64,000 nt of DNA from assembly GCA_934177545.1 (NCBI GenBank), contig CAKPPI010000001.1:4255-68254 (forward strand), read 5' to 3'. The DNA comes from an uncultured Bacilli bacterium. Its GTDB lineage: Bacteria; Bacillota_I; Bacilli_A; RF39; UBA660. Of this stretch, positions 20,550 to 31,382 are shown in pieces (positions within the stretch are counted from its first letter, which is position 1; every line of letters starts with the position of its first letter). A program made the position numbers and the translations under genes. A model generated the notes under the pieces. The model worked only from the letters and a program-made list of their open reading frames with translations, had not been told where the DNA came from and made no database searches.

Positions 20550-21184
20550 AAGTTAATTATAATTTAGAGTGTGAAAAGATTCTTAATAGTCTTGATTTAA
20601 ATAATAAGAAGACATTATTATTGCATTCTTGTTGTGCTCCATGCTCATCTGCTGTCTTAGAAAGAATAAGTAAATACTTTAAAATTACTATTTTATTTTA
20701 TAATCCTAATATAACAGATTACTCCGAATATCTTAAAAGAAAAGAGGAATTAAAAAGATTAATTAAAGAAGTAGGCTATGACATAGAAGTAATGGATTGT
20801 GATTATGATAAAGAAAAATTTATTTCTATGGCTTTAGGATTAGAAGATAAAAAAGAAGGAGATATTCGTTGCTATAAGTGTTATAAATTAAGACTTGAAA
20901 AGACAGCTTTAATGGCAAAAGAAAATAACTTTGATTATTTTACTACTACTTTATCAATTAGTCCTTATAAGAATAGTAAGTGGTTAAATGAAATAGGAAA
21001 AGAGTTAAGTGCTAAATATAAAGTTGATTATTTGTATGCTGATTTTAAAAAGAAAAATGGTTATAAAAGAAGTATAGAACTATCTAATATATACCATTTA
21101 TATAGACAAGATTATTGTGGTTGTATTTATTCAAAAGTTGAAAGAGAATCTATTAAAGCCCTTCAAGATCAAAAGGGGGAATAA
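20534..21184 (+). CDS. queH: epoxyqueuosine reductase QueH (DUF208 family)
   Basis: LLLHSCCAPCSS and C-terminal YCGCIYS Cys motifs. Confidence 0.65.
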   Translation: MVGEIKVNYNLECEKILNSLDLNNKKTLLLHSCCAPCSSAVLERISKYFKITILFYNPNITDYSEYLKRKEELKRLIKEVGYDIEVMDCDYDKEKFISMALGLEDKKEGDIRCYKCYKLRLEKTALMAKENNFDYFTTTLSISPYKNSKWLNEIGKELSAKYKVDYLYADFKKKNGYKRSIELSNIYHLYRQDYCGCIYSKVERESIKALQDQKGE

Positions 21185-22049
21185 AAGATTCATCACTAGT
21201 ATCACCTTCTTGGATATAGGCATTTTTTACTCCTAAGTCTAGGGCATAATTAATAATATCATCATATTCTTCCTCGCTTACTTTACTATTTAGAAAAGGA
21301 AAACTAGTATTAGTAGTAACTGGGGTATATTGGTTCATGATACTAAGATAGATATTATCTTGGTATTTTTTGTATAGATAATTAATTATCTTTTTAGTAT
21401 CATCCCCTTTAGTAGGTAGGACTAAACATCTTACGATGATACCATTTGTCATTAAACCATTACTAGAAAATTTGTTTTTTGATACTTGTTTATACATCTC
21501 GTCAAGAGCAGTTGTTGCTACTTCAAAATAATTTTTAACTTTCGATAAATCTTCTCCTAACTTATCGTTAAAATATTTAAAATCAGTTAGATAAATATCT
21601 ACATAGCCATCTAATAATTTAATAGTATCAACATTTTCATAACCACTAGTATTATAGACAATAGGAATAGTAAGACCATTTTCTCTTGCTAGTTTAATAG
21701 CTTCAATAATACTTGGTACAAAGTGAGTAGGAGTTACTAGATTGATATTGTTAGCATTTTTTGACTGTAAATCTAGCATTAGTTCACTTAATCTTTCAAT
21801 AGAAATATTAATGCCAAAGTTATTAGTAGATATTTCTTTGTTTTGACAGTAACAACACTTTAAATTACAACCACTAAAGAAGATAGTACCACTACCATTA
21901 CTACCGGAAATAGATGGTTCTTCAAAATAGTGGAGGGCACTTCTTGCTACTTTAATACTACTAGTATTGTTACAAACACCGGTAGTTACATTTCTATTGA
22001 TATGACATTTTCTAGGGCATAAATTGCAAGCATTATATAACTCATTCAT
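21153..22049 (-). CDS. radical SAM protein, PflX/pyruvate-formate-lyase-activase-like family
   Basis: CNLCPRKCHINR N-terminal motif and a CxxxCxxC cluster (GCNLKCCYCQN). Confidence 0.55.
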   Translation of the reverse strand: MNELYNACNLCPRKCHINRNVTTGVCNNTSSIKVARSALHYFEEPSISGSNGSGTIFFSGCNLKCCYCQNKEISTNNFGINISIERLSELMLDLQSKNANNINLVTPTHFVPSIIEAIKLARENGLTIPIVYNTSGYENVDTIKLLDGYVDIYLTDFKYFNDKLGEDLSKVKNYFEVATTALDEMYKQVSKNKFSSNGLMTNGIIVRCLVLPTKGDDTKKIINYLYKKYQDNIYLSIMNQYTPVTTNTSFPFLNSKVSEEEYDDIINYALDLGVKNAYIQEGDTSDESFIPPFDLEGL

Positions 22050-22154
22050 CTAAATTCACCAAAAGTATCATACTATAAAGAGAAAAAAGTGTAAAGTTTG
22101 TTTAAAAAAAATTATTAATAGTATATAATAATGTATAGAAAGAAGTGATTAGTT

Positions 22155-23453
22155 ATGAAATATTATTGCATCGGAATAAAAGGGACAGGAATGGCAACTC
22201 TTGCTTCAATGCTTTATGATATGGGAAATACTGTATCAGGCTATGATGATGCTAAAGATTATAAGTTTACTGAAAAAGGATTAAAAGAGCGAGGTATAGA
22301 AATATTTTATGATTCTACTCATCCACTAGATAAAGATACAATTGTAACAGCTTCTAAAGCTTTTAGTGATGATCATAGAGAGATTAAAAGAATTAAAGAA
22401 TTAGGTCTTACTTTTAAACCTTATAATGAAGTAGTAGGAGAAATAACAGCTAAGTTTGATACCATTTCTGTTTGTGGAACTCATGGTAAGACAACTACTA
22501 CATCACTACTTAAACATTTATTTGAATCTACTATTGGCTGTAATTATTTTATTGGTGATGGACAAGGTCATATTGATTTAAAGAATAAATTGTTAGTTAT
22601 TGAGTCAGATGAGTTTAATAGACATTTCTTAGCTTATCATCCTAAAACAGCAGTTATTACTTGTGTGGAGTTAGAACATACAGAAATATATAAGGATTTA
22701 GCAGATACTATTGAAACATTTGAAAAGTTTGTTAATAAAGCAGAACTAGTAGTAGCTAATGGTGATGATAAGAATATAAGACAAATAAAGTTTAATAATA
22801 AAGTTATCTTCTATGGCGAGAGTAGTGATAATGATTATATTATTAAGAATATTAAACTTGAAAGTGATGGTTCTCATTTTGATTTATTTGAAAAAGATAA
22901 GTTGCTTTCTAATTTCTTTGTACCTTTATATGGACATCATATGGTGATGAATACTGCTGCTAGTATTATAGTTGCTTTACAAAACAATTTAACTGTAGAA
23001 GAGATAAAAAAATTATTAGAAAACTTTAAGAATGCTGCTAGACGTTTTGCTATTGAAGAGGTAAACGGTACTATTATAGTAGATGATTATGCTCATCATC
23101 CAACTGAGGTTAAAGTAACATTACAAGCGATTAGACAAAAATATCCTGATAAGAGGTTAACTGTTATCTTTAGACCTAATACTTATTCAAGAACATCAGC
23201 CTTTAAGAATGAGTTTGCTAGTGCCTTAAGTGAAGCTGATAAAGTTTATTTAACCCCAATTAAGTGTGATAGAGAAAGAAAAGAAGATTATCCACCAATA
23301 TCATCAGAAGATATAATTAAATTAATTCCAAATAGTGAATTAGTTGATGAAGAGTCTATTTCTAAAGTATTAAAAGATAAAGATGGAGTAGTGGCTTTTA
23401 TGGGGTGTGCTACTGTAGCTCACTTGATTGATAACTTTAAAAAATTATTATAA
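22155..23453 (+). CDS. murC: UDP-N-acetylmuramate--L-alanine ligase (Mur ligase family)
   Basis: N-terminal IGIKGTGM Rossmann motif and the P-loop CGTHGKTTTTSLL. 432 aa. Confidence 0.65.
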   Translation: MKYYCIGIKGTGMATLASMLYDMGNTVSGYDDAKDYKFTEKGLKERGIEIFYDSTHPLDKDTIVTASKAFSDDHREIKRIKELGLTFKPYNEVVGEITAKFDTISVCGTHGKTTTTSLLKHLFESTIGCNYFIGDGQGHIDLKNKLLVIESDEFNRHFLAYHPKTAVITCVELEHTEIYKDLADTIETFEKFVNKAELVVANGDDKNIRQIKFNNKVIFYGESSDNDYIIKNIKLESDGSHFDLFEKDKLLSNFFVPLYGHHMVMNTAASIIVALQNNLTVEEIKKLLENFKNAARRFAIEEVNGTIIVDDYAHHPTEVKVTLQAIRQKYPDKRLTVIFRPNTYSRTSAFKNEFASALSEADKVYLTPIKCDRERKEDYPPISSEDIIKLIPNSELVDEESISKVLKDKDGVVAFMGCATVAHLIDNFKKLL

Positions 23454-23507
23454 AATTCGTGTTCTACGGATTTTTTCTTTACCTTTAAAAAATATTAAAA
23501 AATGTAT

Positions 23508-23540
23508 TGACGAATATATGTTCTATAGAATATAATTAAA
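23508..23540 (+). promoter_or_regulatory. promoter for addB-addA
   Basis: -35 TTGACG, then about 18 nt, then -10 TATAAT. Confidence 0.45.
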
Positions 23541-23570
23541 ACATATCAGTCAAAAGAAAGGAAATGACCA

Positions 23571-25847
23571 ATGAAGTTTAGTGATAATTTGTATTATATA
23601 GTACCTAATAATTTAAAAGAAGTGATGCTTAAGAAGTTGTCTTTAGAAGATAAAATTTATGATATTCACTTTGATACAATGGAAAACTTTATAGAAAAGT
23701 ATATTTGTAAGATTGATAAGAAAGCAGTAGAGTTTCTTTTAGAAGAGGGAGATAGTCTAGATATAATTAATTCATATCTTAAAGTATTACCTAGTATTGA
23801 TATTAATAAAGAATATGACTCTTTAAAGTTAAACTTTTTAAAAGAGAGAAAGAAGTTATTAATTAGTAATGACTTACTAATAGATATTAATGATTTAACT
23901 TATCTAAAAGATAAAGAAGTAATAGTAATGGGTTATCCTTTTATCGATAAATATCTTGAAGAAGTACTAACTAAGATTAATGCTACTATAATGATAGGAA
24001 TAGATAAGTGTCCTATTAAAGAAATATATGAGTATAAGAGTAAGAAAGAAGAAATAGTAGCTCTTGCTAGAAGAATAAGAAGTTTGAATGAGAAAGGTAT
24101 TTCTTACTCAAAAATATTTATAGCTGGAAAAGATGATGATAGTAATTTCTTAATAAATGATATATTTAAAGACTTTGATATTCCTTATAATGATGATGGG
24201 GTAAGCTTTTTAGCAACTATTATAGGTAGAAAGTATCTAGAAACCAAGGACTTAAGTCTTATTAAAGATAATGATTTATTAAAAAAGATAATAAGAGTCC
24301 TAGAAGAAATGTTAGTATTTAAAGATAGTAAGTATTATGACTTATTATTAGAAGATAAATTAAGTAAGATAAAGATGCCTAATAAGAAAGAGATAGATGC
24401 TGTAACATTTCTAGAAGATGTTTTTGAAGTACCTTATTTACTTAGTGATGATGATTATTTATTTGTTATTTCCTTAGTGCAGAATAAATATCCAAAGATA
24501 TACAAAGATGATGATTACTTATCAGATAAACAAAAGAATAGTCTTAAATTAATAAATAGTATGGAAAAGAATAAGAATAGTAAACTGGCATTTCTACATT
24601 CCTTAGGGACTATTAAAAATGTTACTTATAGTTATGCTTTATCAACATTACAAGATGAATGGTTACCTTCTTCCCTTCTTTCTGAATATAATGTTTTAGT
24701 TAAGACTGATAATTTATATAAAGTAGAATATAGTGATAAATATAATAAAAAATATCTAGGGGAGTTATTAGATAACTATTATATGTATGGAGAAAAAGGA
24801 AAAGATTTAGATTTGTTATTTCCTTATTATCATTTCTTTGACTATGAAAGTTATAACCATGATTTTTCTTCCTTTGCTATTCCTAAAGAAGAATTAATCT
24901 TATCATATTCTAGTATAGATGATTATGCTTTATGTCCATTTAAATATTACTTAAAGTATGTTTTAAAACTTGACCAGTTTGAAGAAAGTTTTAGTCAGAA
25001 ACTAGGAACTTTGTATCATGCTGTTTTAGCATCATCCTATAAAGATAACTTTGATTTTGAAAGTAGTTTTAATTATCAAAAAAGTAAGTTAGACTGGGAT
25101 AGTAAAGATGAGTACTTTTTAAATAGATTAAGGGAAGAGTTAAAGTTAATTATCACTTGGAATAAGAAAATGGAAGCTCACTCCTTCCTAACTACACCAT
25201 TACTTGAAAAAAGACTAGAATTATCTTTAGGTGATGATATTAAGATAAAGGGATTCATTGATAAAATACTGTTGAGAGAAAAAAATGGTAAGACTTATTA
25301 TGCTATTTTTGATTATAAGACAGGAAAGATTTCTTTTAATCTTGATTATTTAGATTATGGACTACATCTACAGTTACCAATCTATGCTTATTTATTAGAG
25401 AAGAGTAATAAAGATAAAGATATGGAGCTAGCAGGATTGTTTTATCAAATGTTATTAGTAAAAAATAATGATTTAGAAGAACGAAAGAAAAGCTTGAAAG
25501 TGTTTGGAATAGTAGCAGATGATATTACTACTTTAGAATTATTAGATGATGAATATGAAAATAGTAATTGGGTTAAAAACTTAGCAGTTACTAAAGCTGG
25601 AACTTTATCAAGATACTTAAAAACTATTACTAAGGAAGAAAAAGAAGAATTATTAAATAAGATAGAAGAGTTAATTTTATCTTTTGCTAAAGGTATTAGA
25701 AATTGTGACTATAGTATTAGTCCAAAGATAGAAAATAAAGTTAATGTAAGTTGTATGTATTGTCCATTTAAAACGGTTTGTTATCATGAGAAGAAAGATG
25801 AAATAATCATTGAGAAAAAGGAAAAGGAGGTAGAGATGGATGCCTAA
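23571..25847 (+). CDS. addB: ATP-dependent helicase/deoxyribonuclease subunit B (AddB/RexB-type, short form)
   Basis: C-terminal PD-(D/E)xK nuclease with DYKTGK, an iron-sulfur Cys cluster (CPFKYY...CMYCPFKTVC), and position upstream of addA. Confidence 0.7.
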   Translation: MKFSDNLYYIVPNNLKEVMLKKLSLEDKIYDIHFDTMENFIEKYICKIDKKAVEFLLEEGDSLDIINSYLKVLPSIDINKEYDSLKLNFLKERKKLLISNDLLIDINDLTYLKDKEVIVMGYPFIDKYLEEVLTKINATIMIGIDKCPIKEIYEYKSKKEEIVALARRIRSLNEKGISYSKIFIAGKDDDSNFLINDIFKDFDIPYNDDGVSFLATIIGRKYLETKDLSLIKDNDLLKKIIRVLEEMLVFKDSKYYDLLLEDKLSKIKMPNKKEIDAVTFLEDVFEVPYLLSDDDYLFVISLVQNKYPKIYKDDDYLSDKQKNSLKLINSMEKNKNSKLAFLHSLGTIKNVTYSYALSTLQDEWLPSSLLSEYNVLVKTDNLYKVEYSDKYNKKYLGELLDNYYMYGEKGKDLDLLFPYYHFFDYESYNHDFSSFAIPKEELILSYSSIDDYALCPFKYYLKYVLKLDQFEESFSQKLGTLYHAVLASSYKDNFDFESSFNYQKSKLDWDSKDEYFLNRLREELKLIITWNKKMEAHSFLTTPLLEKRLELSLGDDIKIKGFIDKILLREKNGKTYYAIFDYKTGKISFNLDYLDYGLHLQLPIYAYLLEKSNKDKDMELAGLFYQMLLVKNNDLEERKKSLKVFGIVADDITTLELLDDEYENSNWVKNLAVTKAGTLSRYLKTITKEEKEELLNKIEELILSFAKGIRNCDYSISPKIENKVNVSCMYCPFKTVCYHEKKDEIIIEKKEKEVEMDA

Positions 25848-28800
25848 ATTCACAGAAGAACAACAAAGAGCAATTGACTTAGAAGGTGAAAATATCTTAG
25901 TAAGTGCTGGAGCAGGTAGTGGAAAAACAGCTGTTTTATCAGAACGTGTTTTAAGAAAAGTAATGGGAGGTGTTCCTGTTAATCAACTACTAATATTAAC
26001 ATTTACTAAGAAAGCAGCTAGTGAGATGAAAGAACGAATTAGAAAGAAACTTAGAAAAGCTAATTTGACTCATCAATTAGAACTGTTAGATAGTAGTTTT
26101 ATCACTACCTTTGATGCTTATTCAATGGCTATTGTAAAAAAATATGCAGATAATTTAAATATTTCTAGTAATCTAGAAGTAATGGATGACGTTATTCTCT
26201 CTTTAAAAGAAGATGAGATAATAGATGAAATATTTAAGGAATACTATGATAAGAAAGATATAAATTTTTATAAGTTTTTAGATGCTTTTACTTTTAAAGA
26301 TGATAAGGAAATAAAGACTAAAATAAAGAAAATGTCAGCATCTCTTGATTTGGTTCTTGATTTAGATGATTATTTAGATTCTTATCTAGATAACTACTAT
26401 CAAGAAGAAAATCTTAATGGGTATCTTAAAGAATATTTAAAACTTGTTATGGAAAAAGATAATTACTTAAAGAAACTAATTAATGACTTTTTAGGAATGA
26501 TAGATGACAAGTACTATAATAAAGTAATAGATATTACTAGTAATTATCTAGCTAGTACTGATTATAGTGAAATAAGGGAAGGCTTAAACTTTAAAATACC
26601 AAACCTACCAAAAGGTAGTGAAGAAGATGTTAAAAATCTAAAGAAAGAAATAAATAATAAACAAGCTGAATTACTAGACTTGATGGTTTATCCAAAAGAA
26701 GCAGATTATATTACCTCACTAAAAAACACTTATCCATATGTTTCTATGCTTTTAGAAATAATTAAAAAATTAAGAGCTAGAATATGGGAATATAAAACAA
26801 AAGAAAATGCTTACACTTTCCTAGATATTGAAAAATTAGCTATTAAATTAGTTAAAGAGTTTGAAGAAGTACGAGAAGAGTTAAAGAATAGTTATCAAGA
26901 AATACTAATAGATGAGTATCAAGATACTAATGATATACAAGAAACTTTTATTTCCTATATAGCTAAAAACAATGTCTATATGGTTGGGGATATAAAACAG
27001 TCAATTTATCGTTTTAGAAATGCTAACCCAATGTTATTTCAAGAAAAGTATGATAACTATAAAGTTCATAATGGTGGAACAGTAATAGACCTATCTAAAA
27101 ACTTTAGAAGTAGAAGGGAAGTTATTAATACCATTAATGATTTATTCTGTCATATAATGGACCAAGAAATAGGAGGGGCTAATTACCTTGACGGTCATGC
27201 TATGATATTTGGTAATTTAACTTATGAAAATAAAGCTTATGTAGAAGATAATTGTGATATGGAAATATTAACTTATAGTACGGAAGATAAAGAATATGAA
27301 ACAAGAGAAAAAGAAGCTTTTCTAATAGCTAGTGATATTAAAAAACAAATTGTTTCTAAAAGATTAGTATTTGATAAAGATAAGGAGATACTAAGAGAGG
27401 TAGATTATCAAGATATCGCAATATTACTAGATAGATCAACAGACTTTACTCTATATAAACAGATTTTTGAATATCTAGGAATACCAATTACTCTTTGGCA
27501 AAGTGAAAATGCTAAAGCTGCTTATGACTTAGAAATAGTTAAGAATTTATTCTTGTTAGGCAAAAAGATTTATTTACATGAGTTTGATACTACCTTTAAA
27601 TTAGTTTATACTTCACTTGCTAGAAGCTTCTTATATAGCATGAAAGATGCTTTAATTTATCATGATTTAATAGATAATAAGTATCAAGAAAGCAAGTTAT
27701 ATCAAGACTTTAAAGAATTAGTTAGTGACTATGAGACACTATCACCAATAACATACTTTAATAAGATATTAGAAATAACTGATTATACTAATAAATTAAC
27801 AAAGATAGGAACTGTGGCTACTTATAGAGCTAGAATTGAATATTTTTATAAGATGATTAGTAATTTAGAAAAGAAGAATAAAACTTTATTAGAAGTAACT
27901 GATTATTTAGAAAGTTTATGTGATACCGATTTAGAGGTTAAGCTATCTTTATCAAAGAGTGATAGTAATAGTGTTAAAGTAATGACTATTCATACCTCTA
28001 AAGGACTTGAATATCCCCTATGCTACTTTGCTGGTTTTTCTAAGAAATTTAATGATTCAGATAATAAAGAGACAGTTTTCTTTGATAGAAATTATGGTAT
28101 TGTTATACCTGATATAGAAAAAGACTGTGATTTAATTACTAAGAAACTAGTAGTAGCTAAAAATAGACAGGAAGATATCAGTGAAAAAATAAGACTATTT
28201 TATGTAGCACTAACAAGAGCAAGAGAAAAAATAATAATTGTTATGCCAGAACAAGAAGAAGTAAAAGAAGTAGAAGATATTGTAGCTAAAGAAGAAAGAT
28301 TAAACTATCATTCTTTTATGGATATGATGAAGAGTGTATTATTAAAATTTAGTAATAATATTACAAATATTAAAGAAATAGAAAATATAAGTAAGGACTA
28401 TTTAAATCGTAAAGAAATAGTTAAAGAAGCTAAAGGCGAGATGAAACCACTTTCATTTATTAATTCAAATTATAGTTTAGAAGAAGAAGAGACACTTCAC
28501 TTTTCTAAAGAAACAGTAGAAGAAAAAACTATTAAAGAAATAGAGCTTATGGAATATGGAAGTCATATTCATGAACTGTTAGAAAGATGCGATATAGAAA
28601 ATAAAATATTACCAACTAATATTACTTTAAAAGAAGAAAAACTACTTAATGACTTTTTAAATCAAGAGTTCTTTAAAACACATAATAATATGAAAATCTA
28701 TAAAGAGTATGAATTTTTTGATTATGAAAATAATACTAGGTTACATGGTAAGATAGACTTATTATTAGTAGGTAATGATAATGCCATAATTGTTGATTAC

Positions 28801-28938
28801 AAGCTACAAAATACGCAGGATAGGGCTTATTTAAAACAATTAAATGGCTACAAAAAAGTTATTGAGAAAAAGTTAAGTATTCCTGTTACTTGCTATTTAT
28901 ACTCAATTATTGACGAAAAATTTATTAAAATTATATGA
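25840..28938 (+). CDS. addA: ATP-dependent helicase/nuclease subunit A (UvrD-like helicase with a C-terminal RecB nuclease)
   Basis: Walker A AGAGSGKT, UvrD motifs and the C-terminal nuclease motif IVDYKL. Confidence 0.85.
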   Translation: MPKFTEEQQRAIDLEGENILVSAGAGSGKTAVLSERVLRKVMGGVPVNQLLILTFTKKAASEMKERIRKKLRKANLTHQLELLDSSFITTFDAYSMAIVKKYADNLNISSNLEVMDDVILSLKEDEIIDEIFKEYYDKKDINFYKFLDAFTFKDDKEIKTKIKKMSASLDLVLDLDDYLDSYLDNYYQEENLNGYLKEYLKLVMEKDNYLKKLINDFLGMIDDKYYNKVIDITSNYLASTDYSEIREGLNFKIPNLPKGSEEDVKNLKKEINNKQAELLDLMVYPKEADYITSLKNTYPYVSMLLEIIKKLRARIWEYKTKENAYTFLDIEKLAIKLVKEFEEVREELKNSYQEILIDEYQDTNDIQETFISYIAKNNVYMVGDIKQSIYRFRNANPMLFQEKYDNYKVHNGGTVIDLSKNFRSRREVINTINDLFCHIMDQEIGGANYLDGHAMIFGNLTYENKAYVEDNCDMEILTYSTEDKEYETREKEAFLIASDIKKQIVSKRLVFDKDKEILREVDYQDIAILLDRSTDFTLYKQIFEYLGIPITLWQSENAKAAYDLEIVKNLFLLGKKIYLHEFDTTFKLVYTSLARSFLYSMKDALIYHDLIDNKYQESKLYQDFKELVSDYETLSPITYFNKILEITDYTNKLTKIGTVATYRARIEYFYKMISNLEKKNKTLLEVTDYLESLCDTDLEVKLSLSKSDSNSVKVMTIHTSKGLEYPLCYFAGFSKKFNDSDNKETVFFDRNYGIVIPDIEKDCDLITKKLVVAKNRQEDISEKIRLFYVALTRAREKIIIVMPEQEEVKEVEDIVAKEERLNYHSFMDMMKSVLLKFSNNITNIKEIENISKDYLNRKEIVKEAKGEMKPLSFINSNYSLEEEETLHFSKETVEEKTIKEIELMEYGSHIHELLERCDIENKILPTNITLKEEKLLNDFLNQEFFKTHNNMKIYKEYEFFDYENNTRLHGKIDLLLVGNDNAIIVDYKLQNTQDRAYLKQLNGYKKVIEKKLSIPVTCYLYSIIDEKFIKII

Positions 28939-29009
28939 TTTAAATAAAAAAAATACATATACTAAGTGTATAGTAATAGTTAAATTTACCCATCCTTGTT
29001 CGATAATGT

Positions 29010-29040
29010 TTGACAAATTGAGTACTTTGTAGTATAATAT
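29010..29040 (+). promoter_or_regulatory. consensus sigma-A promoter
   Basis: TTGACA, then a 17-nt spacer, then TATAAT upstream of the 29084 ORF. Confidence 0.55.
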
Positions 29041-29083
29041 TAGCAACTTCAGAGGATAGGGGTTAACGAAGGGGGTTACGGCT

Positions 29084-29503
29084 ATGGAGAAGTCATTTAT
29101 ATTTGAATATTTAGATGAAAATAACTTTAAGAAAAGAGAACGTTCTGTTAGAAAGTATAATATGTTAGCATATAAAAAGTTAACATTTGAATACTATCCA
29201 ACTATTCGTTCTGGAAAGTTTTTAGGTAAGAAAATTAGTGAAGATAAAACTGCTAAGACAGAAAGTTATGAACTTAAATTACCAACAGATGAATCTTTTG
29301 CTAAAGTACATGGAGAAATAATTGTTCATTATACTGTATATCTTGATAAGAAAGTAGTATTATTAACAAATATTACTCCAGAAGGTATTTTAGATGAAGG
29401 ACATCGTGCTGAACTTTCTACTTATAAAGGTGTTATGATATCTAAGACAGATCCCGAAAGAGATATGTTTAAAATTAATCTTCTAAATATGTTAAATAAA
29501 TAA
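29084..29503 (+). CDS. hypothetical protein (139 aa); the C-terminal half is weakly RelE/ParE-toxin-like
   Basis: ORF with RBS GAAGGGGG. The motif VHGEIIVHYTVYLDKKVVLLTNITPEG resembles the RelE/ParE core. No antitoxin partner is seen. Confidence 0.4.
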   Translation: MEKSFIFEYLDENNFKKRERSVRKYNMLAYKKLTFEYYPTIRSGKFLGKKISEDKTAKTESYELKLPTDESFAKVHGEIIVHYTVYLDKKVVLLTNITPEGILDEGHRAELSTYKGVMISKTDPERDMFKINLLNMLNK

Positions 29504-29596
29504 TTGTTCTCACTGTAAAGTGGGAATTTTTATTTTTATTTAATTGCACCCTTAAATTTCCTGTGCTATACTTTTGCTAGAGAGGATAGAAGTGAT

Positions 29597-30343
29597 ATGG
29601 AAAAAAAAGAATATCTAAGCGAGGAAAGATACCAAAAGAATAAGAAACACATAATAGCAGGAGCAATAATAGTACTAATAATAGGATTGTTGTTAGGTGG
29701 CAGTTTAATAGCTATAGGACTTTCTAAACAGAGCAAGGTTAATGCCAATTATTCAGAAGCTAATAAAGAATCTTTATCAAAAAAATTAGAGATAGAAAAA
29801 CAAAGCCTTATTAGTAGTAAGGAAAAAATAGAAGAAGAGATTAAACCAGTAGAAGATGAAATTAAAAGTCTAGAAAGAGAAAAATTTACGGGCTTTGATG
29901 ATGCTTATTATCAAAGACAAGATAAAATAGAAGAACTAGAAAAAAGTATAAATGAATCAAAGAAAAATATAAGTGCTATTGAAACAGCTTTAGGTGATAG
30001 TATGTCAGCTTGTGCTTTTGATACAACTGCTAATAATTCTTATACTAAAGAATACTGTTCAATTAAAAATAGTTTAGAAGCTGCAAGCAGTTCTTTTAAT
30101 AAAGAATTTGATTCACATAACAGTATTCCATACTATATGTTTGGTGGCTTTATTATTGCTGCAAGTCTTATGATTTCAGTATCAATTTACACTTTTGCTA
30201 AAAGAAGAGAAATACTAGCTTTCTCTGCTCAACAAGTAATGCCAGTAGCAAAAGAGGGAATAGAGAAGATGACACCAACGGTTTCTAAAAGTGTAGAAGA
30301 AATTACAAGAAGTGTTAAAAAAGGCTTAAAAGACGATAAATAA
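29597..30343 (+). CDS. membrane-anchored coiled-coil protein, hypothetical
   Basis: An N-terminal TM helix, a long coiled-coil region and a second TM helix near the C-terminus. Confidence 0.5.
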   Translation: MEKKEYLSEERYQKNKKHIIAGAIIVLIIGLLLGGSLIAIGLSKQSKVNANYSEANKESLSKKLEIEKQSLISSKEKIEEEIKPVEDEIKSLEREKFTGFDDAYYQRQDKIEELEKSINESKKNISAIETALGDSMSACAFDTTANNSYTKEYCSIKNSLEAASSSFNKEFDSHNSIPYYMFGGFIIAASLMISVSIYTFAKRREILAFSAQQVMPVAKEGIEKMTPTVSKSVEEITRSVKKGLKDDK

Positions 30344-30426
30344 TATAAAAATTGCAAAAAGTTTTAGAAAATTGTTAAAATCTCTTGCCAAAATATCAAG
30401 TTTATTATATATTAATAGTGTTGTAT

Positions 30427-30503
30427 GTCTCAGTAGCTCAGCTGGATAGAGCATCGCCCTTCTAAGGCGAGTGTCATGGGTTCGAATCCCCTCTGGGACA
30501 CCA
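30427..30503 (+). tRNA. tRNA-Arg (anticodon TCT) with an encoded CCA end
   Basis: Cloverleaf with acceptor stem gtctcag/ctgggac, D-arm tagctcagctggatagagc, anticodon loop CTTCTAA, T-arm gggttcgaatccc. A terminator hairpin follows at 30516-30543. Confidence 0.9.
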
Positions 30504-30515
30504 TTATTGATAATT

Positions 30516-30543
30516 AACTAGAATGATATTTCTAGTTTTTTTG
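30516..30543 (+). terminator. rho-independent terminator after tRNA-Arg
   Basis: aactagaa-tgata-ttctagtt followed by T7. Confidence 0.7.
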
Positions 30544-30698
30544 TTAGCTAGAATTTGATGAATAATAAGCAAATATTAAATAAAATTAAAAACTTATCTA
30601 CTAATTTATAAAAAATTATTAATCATTTATTAAAAAATACTTTTTATTCTTTTAAAACATATAAATGTGCTATATAATAGTTATACAGGGAGGGTTAT

Positions 30699-31295
30699 AT
30701 GAGTGATTTAAAAAGAAAGTATGAAGAACTAGAAAATCAAAGAGAAAAAACTATAGAAGAGTTGAACCAACTTGAGGAAGATGACAGGGTAAAAAGATAC
30801 GTTGAATTACAAAGTAAAAATGAAGCTTTATATAATAAACAAATTGCTCTGTATCAAGAATTAAAAAAGGAAGAATATAGTTCTTGTAATCATATATTAG
30901 TATACTCAGAGATAGATTATGATAGATATGAAGGACGTTCACATAAAAGCTGTGGGTGTATAAAATGTGGCTTAGACGGAAGTGTTTCTAGTCAAAGTAG
31001 AGAATATCTTCCATTTTCTCAAAAAATAATGTATGATTATCTTCGTAAAAATTATCTTAGAGGTAAGGAGACAAACATTACTTGTGATTTAGATCTAGCA
31101 CATGCAATATATTCTAAAGTAAAAGAAGTGCATCCTGATATAGATGATGATACAGCTATTGGATATTTTGAAATAGCTCTAAATAATATAAGAAACACTA
31201 AAGTAAGTGAAGAAAGAAAAACTAATAGAGCAAAAAGATTATCACTAGGTCCTAAATTTAAAAATTGGAATGCTAGTGACGTACACCATGGATAA
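30699..31295 (+). CDS. hypothetical protein with an N-terminal coiled coil and Cys/His zinc-ribbon-like motifs
   Basis: 198 aa with CNH...HKSCGCIKCG. No family recognised. Confidence 0.45.
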   Translation: MSDLKRKYEELENQREKTIEELNQLEEDDRVKRYVELQSKNEALYNKQIALYQELKKEEYSSCNHILVYSEIDYDRYEGRSHKSCGCIKCGLDGSVSSQSREYLPFSQKIMYDYLRKNYLRGKETNITCDLDLAHAIYSKVKEVHPDIDDDTAIGYFEIALNNIRNTKVSEERKTNRAKRLSLGPKFKNWNASDVHHG

Positions 31296-31382
31296 AAATG
31301 ATTGTAATCTAAAAGTCTTGAACTATCAGGACTTTTTAGTTTAACAAAAAGTTGCTTGATTTGTTAGAAATTGAGTAATAAA

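Noticed and set aside
29084-29503. Assignment of the 139-aa protein as a bona fide RelE/ParE toxin of a TA pair.
   Set aside because: Only a weak C-terminal resemblance, and no small antitoxin gene adjacent. It is kept as a hypothetical protein.
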